Virus record (IMG/VR): IMGVR_UViG_3300035438_001058
Location: 1 to 64,000 of that record
DNA: 64,000 nucleotides
Reading direction: 5' to 3' (one strand)
Origin: a virus
Shown: piece by piece, positions 60,354 to 64,000 of the stretch
Numbering within the stretch: the stretch's first letter is position 1
How the letters are laid out: every line of letters starts with the position of its first letter
The notes under the pieces: model-generated
What the model saw: the letters and a program-made list of their open reading frames with translations, nothing else
Told to the model about the DNA's origin: nothing
The model's database searches: none
Made by a program: the position numbers and the translations under genes

Positions 60354-61082
60354 ATGGCAAGTGTTAAGGAATTACATTACCAGTTTAAATTAAACATGGA
60401 TAAGGTAGATAGTCTTAACGGCCCAGATTTCAATACAGCACAAATTGACTGGCTTTTAACAGAAGCGCAATTGGTGTTTATTAAACAACGTATGTCTATG
60501 AGTTCGAATTCAAAACAAAAAGGATTTGAACAATCGCAAAAAAGAATTGATGATTTAGGAACATTAGTTATCAAGTTTCCAAATCAAACGGGTATCACTC
60601 CCTTAAACCCATCTCCAGGAGTTTATGAAGTCTCCTTTAGTTCTTTACTATTTTCATACTTATTTTTAATATCTGCTTGGGCTGATATAACTATATCTCC
60701 AAATTGTACCAAATCAGTTCCACTTAAATTTACGCAGCACGATGATTATAGGACGTCACTAAAAGACCCCTTTAACGAGGCTGGAGAAGAATTTATACCA
60801 TATAATATAGGAAGATCTTCTAGCAGTAATGATGAATCTGTTTATTTATATTCAGATTTTCCAATACAAAAAGTATATCTGGAATATGTTCGGTACCCAT
60901 TAAAAGTATCATCTGGCACCTACAAATATATAGATGGGGTGATTTATCCAGAGCAATCACTACAAACCGCAACTCAAACCCACTCTGAAATTGTGGACAT
61001 CGCCTGCTTACTAGCAGGGATAAGTGCACAAAGTCCGGAGTATATCCAACTTAAGAGTCAAAAACTCTTAATACACGAATAA
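60354..61082 (+). CDS. Head-tail adaptor / ring protein
   Basis: IDWLLTEAQ, GFEQSQKRIDDL and HSEIVDIA resemble crAss-like ring proteins. Confidence 0.65.
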   Translation: MASVKELHYQFKLNMDKVDSLNGPDFNTAQIDWLLTEAQLVFIKQRMSMSSNSKQKGFEQSQKRIDDLGTLVIKFPNQTGITPLNPSPGVYEVSFSSLLFSYLFLISAWADITISPNCTKSVPLKFTQHDDYRTSLKDPFNEAGEEFIPYNIGRSSSSNDESVYLYSDFPIQKVYLEYVRYPLKVSSGTYKYIDGVIYPEQSLQTATQTHSEIVDIACLLAGISAQSPEYIQLKSQKLLIHE

Positions 61083-61086
61083 TATT

Positions 61087-62481
61087 ATGATTAATAATCA
61101 AAAACGTGCCACAGAATCTTTTCTAGTGGCAACTACGGCAGCTACGACTATACCTATTACAGGAACATTAAACGACTCAACAACGTCATCAAGTACGTTT
61201 GGGAATGTAAATTTGGCCAACGGTCAACTTGGTTTAGTAGCTCAAGGAATGTCTGGCACTGTGGCATATAATAGTTTTTTGTCCGCAACTCCGGCGCTCA
61301 CTGGCAGCAATGCTTTTGCAATCTTCCAAGGAAACGAGAACTCAGCTTCTATGACTTCTGCTACAGCTGTGTACCCACTAGCTGTTCGTCCTTACGAAAG
61401 AACCAATGTTATTGATGGCACTAAAGGTCCTATTCTTGTTACAAAACAAGAGTATAGAGCTGCAACCCACAACATCTGGGCTTTAGGTTCTATTAATACT
61501 ACCGGTGCTATAAACGTACTTGATGACACTGAATACCGTTTTTACATGACCTTTGCAGGTCGTAATGTTGACGAACTGTCAAATGGTACAACACAGTCGT
61601 CAGGTTTAAGAGTTTCTTTTACAACTCCCGCAGATCTTTCTACAAATACAGTTACTTATACAAAACCAATTGATTGGATCGCAACTAAACTTGCGTATGA
61701 GATTAACCGCAATTCAAGCGCGTTTACTTTGTCTAGCAAATGGAGAGGAACTAATCCAGTGGTAGCTTTTGCAGTTGGTACATCTGCTACAAACGGTACT
61801 TCGATTGCAGGATTAACAGCTACTGGACAAAATTTGGCAGTATTTACGTATAACGGTACAGATCGTTCTATTTACTTAACTCCTGAGATGGTAGCTTCGT
61901 TGAAAGCGGCAGTTACACCGCCACCAGCAGGAACAACAAATCCTTTTAATTTTACATACATATATAAAGTGGCTGTGAGCGACGCTGGTGTTGCTACTGC
62001 AAACGATACTTTAGGTGTTCTTATAATGGCTTTAGATCGTACTACTTCTTATGTAGATCGTATCCCAGAAGTTAAGGTTAGAATTCGTCCAGGTTTGAAC
62101 GCAGGTTTTAACTATAACACAGTTAGTTTATTAGAACGTTCATTAGCTGACGAAGGTCAAGGTTACTCTCGCCAACTGGATATTCTGTATAAGAATACTG
62201 CTGGCCAACGTAAGTACGCACAACGCCATGTAGTTGATCCTATTATCGAATACCCATCTCCAATTGTTGCGGGTGGTTCGTATGTAGTTTACAACATTAA
62301 TCACGGACGTTCTGAGCAAGTGTCTTCAACTGGAGGTGCAGTGTATTCCCCATACAGGGAGATTATCTGCATTCCAAGATTTAACAGTGTGGGTGCTACT
62401 CATGGCGCAATAGGCCTGCTTGACGCAGCTTTAAATTCTTATTTATCAGCTACAGCTAATCCAACAGTTATAGTAATTTAA
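61087..62481 (+). CDS. Virion structural protein (auxiliary capsid / stabilizer-like)
   Basis: Thr/Ala-rich, 464 aa, in the structural block; contains a GQGY motif. Confidence 0.55.
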   Translation: MINNQKRATESFLVATTAATTIPITGTLNDSTTSSSTFGNVNLANGQLGLVAQGMSGTVAYNSFLSATPALTGSNAFAIFQGNENSASMTSATAVYPLAVRPYERTNVIDGTKGPILVTKQEYRAATHNIWALGSINTTGAINVLDDTEYRFYMTFAGRNVDELSNGTTQSSGLRVSFTTPADLSTNTVTYTKPIDWIATKLAYEINRNSSAFTLSSKWRGTNPVVAFAVGTSATNGTSIAGLTATGQNLAVFTYNGTDRSIYLTPEMVASLKAAVTPPPAGTTNPFNFTYIYKVAVSDAGVATANDTLGVLIMALDRTTSYVDRIPEVKVRIRPGLNAGFNYNTVSLLERSLADEGQGYSRQLDILYKNTAGQRKYAQRHVVDPIIEYPSPIVAGGSYVVYNINHGRSEQVSSTGGAVYSPYREIICIPRFNSVGATHGAIGLLDAALNSYLSATANPTVIVI

Positions 62482-62486
62482 TCAAC

Positions 62487-62520
62487 AAAGGGGAGTAGGA
62501 ACAATCCTACTCCCCTTTTT
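62487..62520 (+). terminator. Intrinsic terminator
   Basis: GGGGAGTAGGA-ACAA-TCCTACTCCCC followed by T5. Confidence 0.85.
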
Positions 62521-62542
62521 CATTACATATAAAGTATAAAAT

Positions 62543-63046
62543 ATGTTAATAAAATATAACGTATCTTCTACCCCTGCTTTGAGAGTAGACAATAAACCTT
62601 TGTATAAAGTTTATACTTCAAACTCAGTAGTGGGAAATGGAACGCAGAGTAGTCCTCTGGCAGTGTTAGGGAAAATAAACGCGAAAGGACTAACAAATGA
62701 TGGATTAGATTATGCTATTTCAGTAGCAAATTTGTCCGGCATTAATTTATTTAGTACGTTAAATAACGGTAAAATACTTTTTTATACTACACTTACTCCT
62801 GTAGGAACAGATGGTGCGCAAACTATTCATAAGCCAACTGGAGTAGTAAACATTGCAGTGGCAGGTTCCTCAATAGTAGTAACTAATAATTTAGTTACTG
62901 CAAACAGTACTGTATTTGCTGTTATACGTACAGCTGATTCTACTGCTGCTATAAAAAATGTAGTTCCTGCAGCAGGATCGTTTACTATTAATTTAACTGC
63001 TGCAGCAACAAGCGCAGTATCTATCGGATTTTTTACAATTAACTAA
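62543..63046 (+). CDS. Fibre or decoration-like structural protein
   Basis: Beta-rich; VGNGTQSSPL and GSFTINLTAAA segments. Confidence 0.55.
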   Translation: MLIKYNVSSTPALRVDNKPLYKVYTSNSVVGNGTQSSPLAVLGKINAKGLTNDGLDYAISVANLSGINLFSTLNNGKILFYTTLTPVGTDGAQTIHKPTGVVNIAVAGSSIVVTNNLVTANSTVFAVIRTADSTAAIKNVVPAAGSFTINLTAAATSAVSIGFFTIN

Positions 63047-63050
63047 TAAC

Positions 63051-63428
63051 ATGAGAAACTTCAAACTTTTTTTAAATAAACAACTCTTTACCACTTCAGG
63101 AACTAATCGTGTAGATCTCCAAAAAGTACTTGGTATAGATTCTAGTATTGATAATAAAACCTTCGTAGGTTTGGGTACAAATACAAATACTCACATTTAC
63201 GGAAATATTAGTACAGGCGCAACTGCTACCACAACCGCAGGAGCTGCTTTTCAAGTAAACAGTACCACAGGAGGATTAGTTGTCCCAGTAATGACGGGAA
63301 CAGAAGCAGTAAGTTATAATACTGCTGGAGCACCAGATGGCGCAATTATCCACGTAACAACTGCTAGCGGTGTGTTTTTATCCGCAGGTTTTTGGGGGAA
63401 AACTGGTGGAAGCTGGGCTAAGTTTTAA
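63051..63428 (+). CDS. Fibre-like structural protein
   Basis: FQVNSTTGGLVVPVMT...PDGAIIH...GFWGKTGGSW resembles a Bacteroidota shufflon/fibre-type segment. Confidence 0.55.
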   Translation: MRNFKLFLNKQLFTTSGTNRVDLQKVLGIDSSIDNKTFVGLGTNTNTHIYGNISTGATATTTAGAAFQVNSTTGGLVVPVMTGTEAVSYNTAGAPDGAIIHVTTASGVFLSAGFWGKTGGSWAKF

Positions 63429-63450
63429 GTTAATATATAAACCCTAGAGA

Positions 63451-64000
63451 ATGCTAACTATTGATAAGATAAAAACTTTAGAAATCCCTTTTAATTCTAC
63501 TAGAAAGAATAATTTTGGGCCAGCAACTCAAGGACTAGCACTGTACAACGATTCGGTAAACTTATACAAGGCAATTTCTTTAGTATTGTCCAATTACGTA
63601 GCGAGTAGTACTACCGCTGTATTTGCACAAAACGCTGTGGGAAGTATAATGACGGATACAGCGTCCGTTAACTTTACATACAATACCGTTACTCCATCTA
63701 TTACAGCAGATGTAATACCAGGAGGAATAAATCACAACAACTTATTAAATTACGTAGCTAATGAACATATAAATCATGCTACAGTAAGTATATTAGCAGG
63801 CGCAGGGTTAACTGGAGGAGGTGATTTAACTTCTTCCAGAACTCTAAACTTGTCTGATTTAATAGTAGCAGAAACTAAGGGAAGTGCCTCAGAGATTCCA
63901 GTTATAACAGCGAATTCTCAAGGAAGAATTACCGGCTGGGTAAATACCCCTATTTCTATAGACACATCTGCTATAACAAATTTAACCGAAACTATTCAAG
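63451..64000 (+). CDS. Tail fibre-like protein (3' end outside the window)
   Basis: Open from ATG 63451 to the window end; AGAGLTGGGDLTSSRTL and IPVITANSQGRIT are fibre-type motifs. Confidence 0.65.
   Translation, partial: MLTIDKIKTLEIPFNSTRKNNFGPATQGLALYNDSVNLYKAISLVLSNYVASSTTAVFAQNAVGSIMTDTASVNFTYNTVTPSITADVIPGGINHNNLLNYVANEHINHATVSILAGAGLTGGGDLTSSRTLNLSDLIVAETKGSASEIPVITANSQGRITGWVNTPISIDTSAITNLTETIQ

Overview
This window is 64 kb of a crAss-like (Crassvirales-type) phage genome, probably infecting a Bacteroidota host (TAnnTTTG promoters, T9SS-type CTD protein). Layout: (i) 1-10.5 kb, + strand, giant virion-packaged cargo genes including the DxDxD RNA polymerase; (ii) 10.5-27 kb, - strand, replication module (exonuclease, endonuclease, UDG, primase, AAA ATPase, DnaB-like helicase, SF2 helicase, PolA, M15 peptidase); (iii) 27-45 kb, - strand, accessory/early module (muramidases, LysM, MoxR-VWA pair, outer-membrane operon, structured RNAs); (iv) divergence point with repeats at about 45 kb; (v) 45-64 kb, + strand, a structured ncRNA candidate, GroES/GroEL, tmRNA, a UCA-anticodon tRNA, terminase, portal, capsid and tail genes. 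Main result: the genome appears to use two genetic codes. More than 20 in-frame TGA codons interrupt the cargo, replication and terminase genes, many at positions where Trp fits the motif, and the phage encodes a UGA-reading tRNA (49100-49171). In contrast, genes in the 27-45 kb module use TGA as an ordinary stop (11 cases) and show no internal TGA. Also found: a canonical-looking -1 frameshift (A_AAA_AAC plus 12-bp hairpin) that joins a membrane protein to a 260-aa Cys-rich tail, a tmRNA with a 33-codon tag, a tRNA-shaped RNA with a doubled anticodon arm, and a roughly 400-nt structured RNA behind a host-type promoter. All calls are from reading the sequence by eye; no database searches were run.
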